A DNA stretch of 47,880 nt from an uncultured Rhodopirellula sp. (GTDB taxonomy: Bacteria > Planctomycetota > Planctomycetia > Pirellulales > Pirellulaceae). The notes below the pieces were generated by a model. The model worked only from the letters and a program-made list of their open reading frames with translations, was not told the origin of the DNA and searched no databases. Positions 9,194 through 18,211 of the stretch are shown in pieces. Each line of letters opens with the position of its first letter. The first letter of the stretch is position 1. The stretch covers positions 1 to 47,880 of the forward strand of contig CAXGAI010000035.1 of the NCBI GenBank assembly GCA_964007735.1, written 5' to 3'. The position numbers and the translations under genes were made by a program.

Positions 9194-10351
9194 TCAGTAA
9201 AAATAGTCCGATACGGCGGTGATCTTAACGGTTTTCTCATACTTCATTGATATACCGCCATTTTCCCAAGCCCAGGTATTTTCATGACGACGTGCCACAT
9301 AAGGCGATCCCTGACTTGCTTCGTTCTTAAACGGATCTGTAGCTACAGGCCGGTTTCTTGGCATATTTAAAGCAAATCCAGCTGCCGGATTGTTTTTTAC
9401 ATAAGCACCTTTAAGCAAGCCATTGGCAACACTACCTTTTCCATAACGTCCCCGTATCCACCAGTGAATCCCGGTGAATAACCTTTCGGCGTCCCTAAAC
9501 AATCGAGGGGCCTTCTGTTGAGCCTCCTTCACTGTACGATTTATCTGATCAATATCAGGCTCGTCTATCAATTGAAATAGACCTTGTCGCTGCTGTTCGA
9601 CAAAGTCGTTAATAATTTTTAGATCCTGATCCATGGCGAAAACTGCCAGCAGTTGCTGCTGTAAGTCATTAGTTTCATCAATAATCCGCTTTGCCAGTCG
9701 AACGCGAGCAACACGTAAGGCCAGTTCAACTTCAACACGGCGCTTATTCTCAGCAAGAATCTGCTCTCGAGCCTCTAGAAAATTAAAGGACAGTCTTCCT
9801 CGATCAACGGGCTTGACGTTACCCGTACGCAAGGCATTTGCGACGGCTTGTGCTGCAAGTAATGATGTCCGATCAAGATTTAGTAAGTCATTTTTGTAGA
9901 TATGAATTTTTAAAAGCGATTCTTCAAATTCTTTCAATGCGGATGGAAATTTCGCACCTTCGCGCATAATCGTCGGGCGTAATGCTCCGGTAATAATCTC
10001 CTGTACCTGCCCTTGAAAATAAGGGACCGTGAGAATTAGTTCTTTGCCTGTCGCCTGAGGTTTAAGTTGCTGGCCTTGAGTCAGGAGCGTGAAGCGGGAA
10101 CGAGCCAAAATCGCACCCAGAGACTCGATATTCTGTTCATCCAAGTAGACATCTATTTCCTCAATTAGCGAACCACTAATCTTATTAGCAATCAACGCCC
10201 CTGAGAAAATAACCGTTTCAAGATTCCCTGTACGGTAAGCCGGAATCAAACGGTTATCGACTTCAAGCTTAACATCTCGGGGAATTGCTGCCTGCAAGGT
10301 GACTTGAAATCCAAATAGAAGAGCAGCAAACGTAATCATAGACCTACGCAT
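9194..10351 (-). CDS. Secreted hypothetical protein (N-terminal part of the TGA-interrupted frame)
   Basis: Signal peptide MRRSMITFAALLFGFQVTLQA with SD GAGGA. Helical body, conserved-looking GIHWWIRGRYG and RRHENTWAWE, ending DYFY-TGA. Confidence 0.8.
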   Translation of the reverse strand: MRRSMITFAALLFGFQVTLQAAIPRDVKLEVDNRLIPAYRTGNLETVIFSGALIANKISGSLIEEIDVYLDEQNIESLGAILARSRFTLLTQGQQLKPQATGKELILTVPYFQGQVQEIITGALRPTIMREGAKFPSALKEFEESLLKIHIYKNDLLNLDRTSLLAAQAVANALRTGNVKPVDRGRLSFNFLEAREQILAENKRRVEVELALRVARVRLAKRIIDETNDLQQQLLAVFAMDQDLKIINDFVEQQRQGLFQLIDEPDIDQINRTVKEAQQKAPRLFRDAERLFTGIHWWIRGRYGKGSVANGLLKGAYVKNNPAAGFALNMPRNRPVATDPFKNEASQGSPYVARRHENTWAWENGGISMKYEKTVKITAVSDYFY

Positions 10352-10464
10352 TTTTCATCTTCCTCTGTCCTCATAATGAATCGCACATACTCAATCGTAA
10401 GCAACGAGTATGCTATCAAACAAATAAAAAATGCTTGATGTATTACAGAGCTATATAGATTTAT

Positions 10465-12090
10465 CTAATGCGACTTCTTCTCGTCTGAGATATCTCTCAA
10501 ACGAAATCTATTGCGCAGTACGACGTCACCATCGACATCATGAATGCTTAGTGATATCTGAGGATTTCGACTTCGCCAATCAACGGAAATAGAACCAAAA
10601 TTCACCTCAGGATAGTGTTCTTCGACACTCCGATAACGATTGGGTTCTCCGGCGTTTCCTCCTCCGCTGGGAGCATTGAGACTCGAAGAGGTAATGTCAT
10701 AAATATCGAGTGCCGAGTTCCCCTCGCCAACAGAAAGCTTCGAAATCTCTGCCAAGTGCCGATCACCAGACAAGACAATCGAACGACCACCACTATCTTT
10801 GATAAGATCAATCAGACGTTGCCGTTCCAGCGGCATATTTTGCCAGTACTCCCAGCCATGCTCAGACGGAATAAATTGCACGCTGGAAGCAATAATTCTT
10901 AGCTCAGCCGGAACCTGCATTTGCTCCTCCAACCACCCCCATTGCTGCTTACCAAGCATTGTAGCCGATGAATCATTATCTTCCGCATAAGGTCCTCTGG
11001 GACCCTCGGATACCGGACGCATCTCACTTTCCAACTTTCTAAGTGGTGAACGATGATACCTTGTATCAAGCAGAATAATCTGTATTCTTTTTCCCACCGG
11101 GCCAAATACATGAGCGTCATATACGCCCTGATGAATCCGACTCCCTGCTCCATCGGGCACCTGAAAGAAGTCATTGAACGCTATTTGAGATTCGACTTTA
11201 GAAACAAACTCAGCACCACCGTCATTCACACCGTAATCATGGTCATCCCAGGTAGCTAAGATTCTGGTTTGCTTTCGCAATGCTTGAAACCCTGGTTCCG
11301 CGCCAAGGAGTGCATACTTCTGACGCAATACATCTACATCTTCTGAATCGCCGTAGATATTGTCGCCAATCATAAGAAACAGATCGGAGTTCTTGGCGAT
11401 GATGGAATTCCAAATCGGCTGAGGCCGGCCTTGTTTACAACAGGAACCAAAAGTGATGAGAGAAAGAGGCTCACAACCAGTCAATTCTTTAATCTGCACA
11501 TTTCGAAACCGATAGGACATTCCTTTTTCGCCATGATGTTGCAGTGCAATAAATCCTTCTGAAGTTACGGCGTCACGGGTCGAGACCGTTGTCATACCAT
11601 TAACACGAATCTCAATCTGGTCATCGACGGCTTTAATGAAATACTTGTTCCATTGCCCGTTTTTAAAGGCGGCCTGAGCCTCAGCGTTACCTTTTAAAGG
11701 AACTAGCCAACCGCGACGACCTTCTTCATAGAATCCACCCGCCCATTGGCGGTCCGATGTGTCTACTTCCGCCTGATATCCCCACAAACGATTACGTCGA
11801 TAGTGACTACGGAATTGGATGCCACTATTTCCGCCCACAGGAACAAACACTTCGGCTTCCAGTTCAAAATCTTTATATGACTTATTACTGACCAGGAAAA
11901 ATTTCTTATCGCTGGTTAACACGATTTCCTCATCGACAACACTTGCTTCACCCCAATCGAAAGGATTGTGCCATCCCACGAGTGAATGACCATTAAACAA
12001 CGGACGCCAAGAATCGTTGGATCCGGCTTCGACGGTTTGAGCAAACGTCATAAAGCAGATCGTTAAAGTGACAAGCGACAGTTTCAACAT
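10465..12090 (-). CDS. phoD: DUF1080 (3-keto-disaccharide hydrolase-like) fused to alkaline phosphatase D
   Basis: N-terminal LFNGHSLVGW, NSGIQFRS, GFIALQHH, FRNVQIKEL. C-terminal FGSC, GDNIYGD, WDDHDYG, LDTRYHR, SGDRH. SD AGGAG. Confidence 0.88.
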   Translation of the reverse strand: MLKLSLVTLTICFMTFAQTVEAGSNDSWRPLFNGHSLVGWHNPFDWGEASVVDEEIVLTSDKKFFLVSNKSYKDFELEAEVFVPVGGNSGIQFRSHYRRNRLWGYQAEVDTSDRQWAGGFYEEGRRGWLVPLKGNAEAQAAFKNGQWNKYFIKAVDDQIEIRVNGMTTVSTRDAVTSEGFIALQHHGEKGMSYRFRNVQIKELTGCEPLSLITFGSCCKQGRPQPIWNSIIAKNSDLFLMIGDNIYGDSEDVDVLRQKYALLGAEPGFQALRKQTRILATWDDHDYGVNDGGAEFVSKVESQIAFNDFFQVPDGAGSRIHQGVYDAHVFGPVGKRIQIILLDTRYHRSPLRKLESEMRPVSEGPRGPYAEDNDSSATMLGKQQWGWLEEQMQVPAELRIIASSVQFIPSEHGWEYWQNMPLERQRLIDLIKDSGGRSIVLSGDRHLAEISKLSVGEGNSALDIYDITSSSLNAPSGGGNAGEPNRYRSVEEHYPEVNFGSISVDWRSRNPQISLSIHDVDGDVVLRNRFRLRDISDEKKSH

Positions 12091-12126
12091 ACGACTCCTG
12101 CAATATGCTTGAGAAAAAAATGATTG

Positions 12127-13281
12127 TTATTTATCTTCAGCTTCCGAAACAAGTTTCTCGATCAGCTTATAGATTTCTTCTTTGTTATGGCCACCGGCGC
12201 TTCGCATTTGCACAACACCTTGGGCATCGATCACATAAAGGACCGGCCATTTTTCAACAGCCCATTGGGTAGAAATATCTCCAAAGCGACTTCCACCATT
12301 CCAAAAACTTCTCCAGGTTATTTTTTGGGCCAGCTCAACTTTACGCGCATAAATACGATCTGTATCACTATTGACTCCGAGCAATTGGAATGGTCGCCCT
12401 TCCATTTCTTTAACTAACGCACGGTTAAACGGCAGCAACATCCGACATGCCACACACCAATCTCCCCAAAAGTCTAACAACACAACTTTGCCTCTGTAGT
12501 CAGACAGTTTTATCGGCTTCCCGGCAATATCTTCACCGATAATCTCAGGAGCGATGCCCCCTACGCTCAAATGTTCAATCTTAAACTTCTCTCGCCCTGC
12601 CAACTCTGACAACTGACCTTTGTAAGTGCGCACTTGCGGATACTTCTCCACAGCGACCGCATACTGTTTCAAAGCATCTTTACGTAGTTCCGAAAGATCG
12701 ACCGTTTGCAAATGCTCCGTCAAATTTACACCATAAAAAAGTTTAAACTTATCAAGACTATCTGGATTCGCTCGTATCTCTCTGGCAATTTCAGCCTGAC
12801 GAACTAGATAGTTTCCTAATCGAAAATGTGCTCGCCCAACAGGCGAAGGATTCTTATTGTCCTTAATAACTTTGCGGTAGAATGCATCAACTTTTAACGA
12901 CGGGTTGTTACCAATGTGCAGGTACAACTGTCCAATCTCGGGTTGTGCTGCATGGGCACTGATTAAAATAGAAATCGCGCGATCCGCGTGAGAGCCGGAT
13001 TCAAATCGTTTCAACACCCATGTCAACGAATCTAAAGCTGGTTTGGAACCGGAGTGTTTTTCTGCTACTTCCAGAAAAGGACGCACAAACTGTCGATCCT
13101 GGCGGTTTGCCTCATACCTTTTCAGTAGTTGTTCGTATTCCTGAACCGCCTGGGCCGAAGCATCTCCAGTCGCTGTTTGCCCCAAAAGGGGCTGCCAGCT
13201 CATGGATAATACAATCAAGAAAAAGCTTGTATGAAATCGAAACACAGGTATTCCGTGAAAAAAGAAGTCGATATCAAGCAA
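12127..13281 (-). CDS. TlpA/redoxin-family thiol-disulfide oxidoreductase with an N-terminal helical (TPR-like) domain
   Basis: APEIIGEDIAGKPIKLSDYRGKVVLLDFWGDWCVAC, GVNSD, WPVLYVID. Exact start uncertain. Confidence 0.88.
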   Translation of the reverse strand: MLDIDFFFHGIPVFRFHTSFFLIVLSMSWQPLLGQTATGDASAQAVQEYEQLLKRYEANRQDRQFVRPFLEVAEKHSGSKPALDSLTWVLKRFESGSHADRAISILISAHAAQPEIGQLYLHIGNNPSLKVDAFYRKVIKDNKNPSPVGRAHFRLGNYLVRQAEIAREIRANPDSLDKFKLFYGVNLTEHLQTVDLSELRKDALKQYAVAVEKYPQVRTYKGQLSELAGREKFKIEHLSVGGIAPEIIGEDIAGKPIKLSDYRGKVVLLDFWGDWCVACRMLLPFNRALVKEMEGRPFQLLGVNSDTDRIYARKVELAQKITWRSFWNGGSRFGDISTQWAVEKWPVLYVIDAQGVVQMRSAGGHNKEEIYKLIEKLVSEAEDK

Positions 13282-13311
13282 ACAATACCTGACTCCTGTC
13301 AGTATAACAGA

Positions 13312-13347
13312 ACAACGGCATCGTCATAAAATACACGATGCCGTTGT
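13312..13347 (-). terminator. Stem-loop downstream of the EF-hand gene, probable terminator
   Basis: ACAACGGCATCGT-N10-ACGATGCCGTTGT perfect 13-bp inverted repeat. The U tract is weak. Confidence 0.6.
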
Positions 13348-13394
13348 CTGATTAGATTCTCTGTGGAATGTTTTCAAGCATCCCAACTTACTGA

Positions 13395-14243
13395 TCACTC
13401 TGGCCGTTGAGGACGACCACCCGGCTGGGCTGGACGACCACCTGGCTGGACCGGACGACCATCCTGGCCGCCAAAGCCCCTAGGTTGTCCTGGTTGACCA
13501 CCTGGTCCCGGACGTCCACCTTGGCCACCCTGAGCACCTTGCCCTGGCCTGCTTCCTCGCCCAAATCCTGCGGGCATTAACTCCTCCATTGTGAGCTTCC
13601 CATTTCGATCTCGGTCAAGTTGTGTTAACGCCTTGGCAGCATTCGCTATCTCTTCTTTTGAAATCTCGCCATTTCGATCGCGATCAAGCACCATAAAGAT
13701 TGGCAGTGGGGGCAACCCTGTTCGAGCACCGGCTTGTCCGCCTTGTGCCCCTTGTCCCGGACGTTGACCTGGCTGACCACCTTGACCGGGCCGGCCACCC
13801 TGACCATCAAATCCCGGAGGACGTTGGCCTTGAGGGTTGTTTCCACCAGGAGCACCAAATCCATCGGGGCGTTGCGGCCGTTGACCTTGAGGACGTTGAC
13901 CTTGAGGACGGTCTCCCTGCTGAGCATTGCCTTGAGGGCGGTCTCCAGCATTACCAGAGAAACGAGCTTCCAATGCTTTTAACTCTTTCTCGTCAATGGC
14001 ATCATCTTTGTTAGTATCCACGCGAGTAAGAATACTCTGCATTCGTTCTGGCAATTCGTCTTTAGAAATCTTGCCATCTTTATTTGCATCCATCGCGCGA
14101 AGCCGAGTAATAAAGCCGCCAACAGTTCGTTGTTGGCCCTGTTGAGCTTGCTGGCCCTGTGGGCGAGCTGGCGGTTGGGCTACCGCATGAGCGGCCATCA
14201 ACAATCCGACCATTAAGCCCGAAACCAAAACTGATAATTTCAT
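13395..14243 (-). CDS. Secreted EF-hand protein with Gly/Gln/Pro/Arg-rich low-complexity regions
   Basis: Start ATG 14243 with SD GGAG and a signal peptide. EF loops DANKDGKISKDE, DTNKDDAIDEKE, DRDRNGEISKEE, DRDRNGKLTMEE. The ORF-track start at 14447 overlaps the upstream gene. Confidence 0.88.
   Translation of the reverse strand: MKLSVLVSGLMVGLLMAAHAVAQPPARPQGQQAQQGQQRTVGGFITRLRAMDANKDGKISKDELPERMQSILTRVDTNKDDAIDEKELKALEARFSGNAGDRPQGNAQQGDRPQGQRPQGQRPQRPDGFGAPGGNNPQGQRPPGFDGQGGRPGQGGQPGQRPGQGAQGGQAGARTGLPPLPIFMVLDRDRNGEISKEEIANAAKALTQLDRDRNGKLTMEELMPAGFGRGSRPGQGAQGGQGGRPGPGGQPGQPRGFGGQDGRPVQPGGRPAQPGGRPQRPE
13879..13910 (-). repeat. Exact 15-bp coding tandem duplication (RPQGQ) within the EF-hand protein linker
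   Basis: CGTTGACCTTGAGGA x2 on the + strand, with degenerate copies nearby. Confidence 0.8.
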
Positions 14244-14289
14244 CTTCAATCTCCCATGAATATTTACGGTGTGCCCACGAAGGCTCACT

Positions 14290-15585
14290 TTATTTACTAC
14301 CGATGCAATACAACGCCGAGTCCGAGCGAATAAGGATCTTCCCGTCCACAACGGCCGGACTAGCATTAAACATAGATTCATCGCTAAATCGATTATGAGC
14401 GATTTGCTTAAATTCATCGCCCGGTTGATAGACAATCGTTCCATCAAATCGACTTACTGCATATATCTTACCCCCAATCACCATCGCTGAGGCATAAAAA
14501 GAGCGGCCTCCGCCACTGTTAATGTTAAGCCGATGCTGATAAACCAATTCCCCTGTCTTAGCATTTACACAATGCGCAATACCTCGATCATTTACCCAAT
14601 AAAGACGATCTTCATAGATAACAGGGGAAGGAACATAAGAAGATGCCTCCCCTCGCCAAACAACATGTGTTTTTGTCACATCCCCTTTACCACCTAAACG
14701 GACTGCAATACTTGCACCGCTACGTCCGCCTACCGCGAAAACAACGCCATCTTTTTCTATCATGCTTGGTGACACGTTGTTATCAAGTTCACTCTCCGCA
14801 AACCACAATAGTTTGCCAGTATCGGCATCTAACGACCAAATCTCCCATGGGACTGCCACAATCAACTCTGTTCGGTCAGCGGTCGATACCAACAAGGGCG
14901 TATTAAATGAATTTTCCAGCCCTGCAGCCTCTGCCTTCCAAGACACCGAGCCGTCCTTTTTATTCAATGCAAAAATTGTTTGGCTTTCATCCGATGCGTT
15001 AACAATGACCGTGTCTTTATGAAGTACCAAACTAGGTGCAGAGCCCCAGCGTCGCTGAGCCGATTCAATGCCAACACTCACATGCCACTTCTGCTTGCCC
15101 TCCAGATCGAATGCCAATACACCTGACTTCCCAAAAAATACAAATACCGATTCACCATCGGAAACCGGAGTACTCGTTGCGTACCCATGCTCGGTTATAA
15201 ACCCCTGATACACATCTTCTCGCTGTTTATTCTCAATCGTGGCTTTCCACAATTGCTTTCCATCCTTCAAGTCAAAGCATAGTAGTTGGCGGATAAGTTT
15301 TTCCTGACTGCCAGTCTGGTTAAGATTGCCGTAGCCGGAATAAGCCGTGAGCAGTACTTTTTCTCCAACAACAATTGGACTCGATGATCCACGCCCCTCA
15401 ATCTCAGCTCTCCAGATCAAGTTGGAATTGTCAGACCACTTCATTGGCAAATCAGACTGCGTGTTAATCGCCTTCCCAGACTTACCCCGAAACTGTGAGA
15501 AATCAGCTGCTTGCGATAAGGCTGTAAAGCAAAATAGGAAAGCCAACAAGCCGAACAGATGGATAGCATGAGAACAACGCATCAT
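14290..15585 (-). CDS. PQQ-binding-like (BamB-type) beta-propeller repeat protein
   Basis: FSQFRG, GSSSPIV, YATSTPVSDG, repeated 'A-x-D-x-x-T-G-x-x-x-W' blades, ASPAVVDGKILIRS. Start about 15585. Confidence 0.9.
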   Translation of the reverse strand: MMRCSHAIHLFGLLAFLFCFTALSQAADFSQFRGKSGKAINTQSDLPMKWSDNSNLIWRAEIEGRGSSSPIVVGEKVLLTAYSGYGNLNQTGSQEKLIRQLLCFDLKDGKQLWKATIENKQREDVYQGFITEHGYATSTPVSDGESVFVFFGKSGVLAFDLEGKQKWHVSVGIESAQRRWGSAPSLVLHKDTVIVNASDESQTIFALNKKDGSVSWKAEAAGLENSFNTPLLVSTADRTELIVAVPWEIWSLDADTGKLLWFAESELDNNVSPSMIEKDGVVFAVGGRSGASIAVRLGGKGDVTKTHVVWRGEASSYVPSPVIYEDRLYWVNDRGIAHCVNAKTGELVYQHRLNINSGGGRSFYASAMVIGGKIYAVSRFDGTIVYQPGDEFKQIAHNRFSDESMFNASPAVVDGKILIRSDSALYCIGSK

Positions 15586-15686
15586 TGAGAACTCGTAGAT
15601 AAATGAAGAGATGGTTTCAATCGATGATAACTTAAACACCGACATCCGACAAAAGTCTCGCCAACTTGAAAAGAATAAAAAACGCT

Positions 15687-18002
15687 TTAAGGGCTTTTCA
15701 AATTCTTTATGTCATCTGTCCAAAGACCATTCTCATTAATGTCCATCGTTCCCATGTCACGATAGATGGACAACCTGGCCGTTTCGTACTCAGCCCAGGA
15801 CTCAATCATTTCATTCTGATTATAGAGAATGTTTTCCAAAGCTCTTGAAATATTCACTCCACGACCTCCCGCATATTCGCCCGCATCTGGACGATCTCCA
15901 AACTCGATCGCCTGGTCCAATTCTCTGGCTGCAACACGTAAAGCCCGACGACAGATCTCAAAGATTCTAGCTTCCGTTATTGCCTCGTTATACATGGTTC
16001 GAATATCCAACTTGACCTGATCTTCGGCCGCCATATAGTTTCGACGAGCTCGCTGGAACGAAACTTGAGCCGCTCGAAAGTTGTTGCGGGCGCGGCGTCG
16101 ATCTAACGGTGTGACAATCTCTATTCCCGCTCGGAATTGCGCCGATTCGGAACTAAAATTAAACGGCTCATTGGCTTCCGCTAACGGTGGTGTACCAATA
16201 CTTCCTTCAGCTACGAGATTGATGTCCGTGAGTAGCTTCTCGGCAGCAACTTCATAACGGCGGCGAGTATCAACAACGATTCCTCTACGATTCATTAAGT
16301 CCAGCCGGTTTTGCAAAGCAATTTCAGCCGCTTCATTAAAATCAATTTCCAGGGGAACTAAAATCGTCCGTTCGAGCCGAATCGCAATACTCACACCCGT
16401 TAACGCACGCACCGTATGTAATAGATTCCGGCGTAATTCACGAACTTCGGGAAGAATCTCTTTAGTGTCTTCCACCTGCAGAACCTGCTTTTTAAGAACA
16501 GTGACTGTTTCCTGCATTTCGGATGTCTGATTTCTAATATCAGCAAATTGTTGCTTATCATTAGCAATGTTATGTTCGACTTCTTCGACCTCCTCAGGAC
16601 TCATCCGCTCAAATCTGACTGGTAAAATCTCATCTAATTCAGCAATTTCCCCTTCAAACGAATTGACTTTGGCTGCTAACGTCGAGAGAACGGTCTCGAT
16701 GTCAAACATCGCCTTGACCAAAACTTCTTTATCTTCGTCAATCTCCACCGTCGTACTATCGTATTCCAATTCGAGCAATTCGTTATCCAGAAATTCGAAT
16801 TGACGCAACAAGGAATCATCCAGGGATATATTTAAATCCGGTGGCAGTCCCAATTGCATCTTGAATCGATCCATCTCCGTCTTCACCACACGCTCACGAT
16901 GCGCCAAATAAAGATGCCCGCGTTCTAACGAACTCTGAAGCTCGGTTACGTCCAACGAAGTTGCCCGACCGGCTTCTCCTAAAGCCTGTAAATCCCGAAT
17001 CAACGACTCTAAACTTCGAATCGTTGTCTTCTGATTCCGCAATCGCTGAATCTCATATAGCAAATAGTAAAACCCGACGGTCGGACTACGCGCACCACGA
17101 ATGAGGAATGCCAATTCACCGCTACCTGAACTACCAGGCAGAGGTAATGCCCGTGAACCAGTAACCACCGTCACATAAAAGTCTTTGCGGAATCGTGCAA
17201 AATCGCGAATCTTATATAAAACATTTCTCTCTTGCTGGGTAATTTTTTCAAGATTGATGGTGCGTTGAACTTCAAAGGCCAATGGTTGTACCAGCGAATA
17301 TGCTAAGGTAGTTGCCGTTTGTGACCCGGAGTTTCCGGATAACATCCAAATGGTATTGTTAGTTAACTCCGCCATCAATTGTGCCCCGCCGGGAAACAGT
17401 TTGCTTACCCCGAGATTGGTCCTTCCTAACCCCCACGACGAACCACCATTCGGTGTATTCTCATATTCAACTCTGGTGCCAACCTCATCGCCAAATGCAA
17501 CAGGTCTCACGTCGTATCGATATCGTTCAAATGTTAACGCCAAAGCAGCAAGATACATGTTCTCAACCTGCTCTTGATAGTCACGACTATTGCGCAAACC
17601 AATTTTGACAGCTTCTTCAATTGTTAGCTTCGTTTCAGGGATCGAAGCAACTTCCCCGGTATATACTCCACCGCCAAATTCCTTAGGCCAGTTGGGGTTT
17701 TCGACATGGTCAATCTCGTGAAGTTGATTCCAGGTCGGGCTGCCACGCATGCCATAAACCTGATCCATATACTTGCTGGCAGCCGGGTCATCAGGGGGTA
17801 ATGGCGGCATATCCAGATCATGTACATCATAAAAACGACTGGCAGGATCCGGAGTGATGTCCATTTTGGGAATCCGCCATCGCGGATCCTGTGACTTCTC
17901 CTTGAGAATCTGGTAAGCCTGCTGATCTGCTGATTCACGGTATTCCGTACGCGTACACCCTATTACACAAAGCAATGCCATAAGACTTAGAGTAAGCTTC
18001 AT
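15687..18002 (-). CDS. Planctomycete-type TolC-family outer membrane efflux lipoprotein
   Basis: Lipobox VIGC, NSRDYQ..ENMYLAALALTFERY, ALQNRLDLMN, PLDRRRARNNFR, DQVKLDIR, IYRDMGTM. Start ATG 18002. Confidence 0.85.
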   Translation of the reverse strand: MKLTLSLMALLCVIGCTRTEYRESADQQAYQILKEKSQDPRWRIPKMDITPDPASRFYDVHDLDMPPLPPDDPAASKYMDQVYGMRGSPTWNQLHEIDHVENPNWPKEFGGGVYTGEVASIPETKLTIEEAVKIGLRNSRDYQEQVENMYLAALALTFERYRYDVRPVAFGDEVGTRVEYENTPNGGSSWGLGRTNLGVSKLFPGGAQLMAELTNNTIWMLSGNSGSQTATTLAYSLVQPLAFEVQRTINLEKITQQERNVLYKIRDFARFRKDFYVTVVTGSRALPLPGSSGSGELAFLIRGARSPTVGFYYLLYEIQRLRNQKTTIRSLESLIRDLQALGEAGRATSLDVTELQSSLERGHLYLAHRERVVKTEMDRFKMQLGLPPDLNISLDDSLLRQFEFLDNELLELEYDSTTVEIDEDKEVLVKAMFDIETVLSTLAAKVNSFEGEIAELDEILPVRFERMSPEEVEEVEHNIANDKQQFADIRNQTSEMQETVTVLKKQVLQVEDTKEILPEVRELRRNLLHTVRALTGVSIAIRLERTILVPLEIDFNEAAEIALQNRLDLMNRRGIVVDTRRRYEVAAEKLLTDINLVAEGSIGTPPLAEANEPFNFSSESAQFRAGIEIVTPLDRRRARNNFRAAQVSFQRARRNYMAAEDQVKLDIRTMYNEAITEARIFEICRRALRVAARELDQAIEFGDRPDAGEYAGGRGVNISRALENILYNQNEMIESWAEYETARLSIYRDMGTMDINENGLWTDDIKNLKSP

Positions 18003-18211
18003 TATTGAATCCAGCGGTAAAGATGATTTGGAATTCAACGAGGGTGGTCCAAAGAAACTTAGGCTTCGATATAAAATGAATGCCTATGACTAGACATACG
18101 TAGTCTTCTTCGGAGAATTCCTTGCTACGTCTTAATCAGATTCGAGCATTTAAATGCGCTGGGCACTAAGGGCGCATTGGGGCGAATAGCTAAACTGGGA
18201 AGACCGTTGTT

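Noticed and set aside
9194..9196. Genome-wide TGA=Trp/Gly reassignment
   Set aside because: The other long genes are intact under code 11 with Trp as TGG, and TGA 13395 appears to be a true stop followed by a hairpin.
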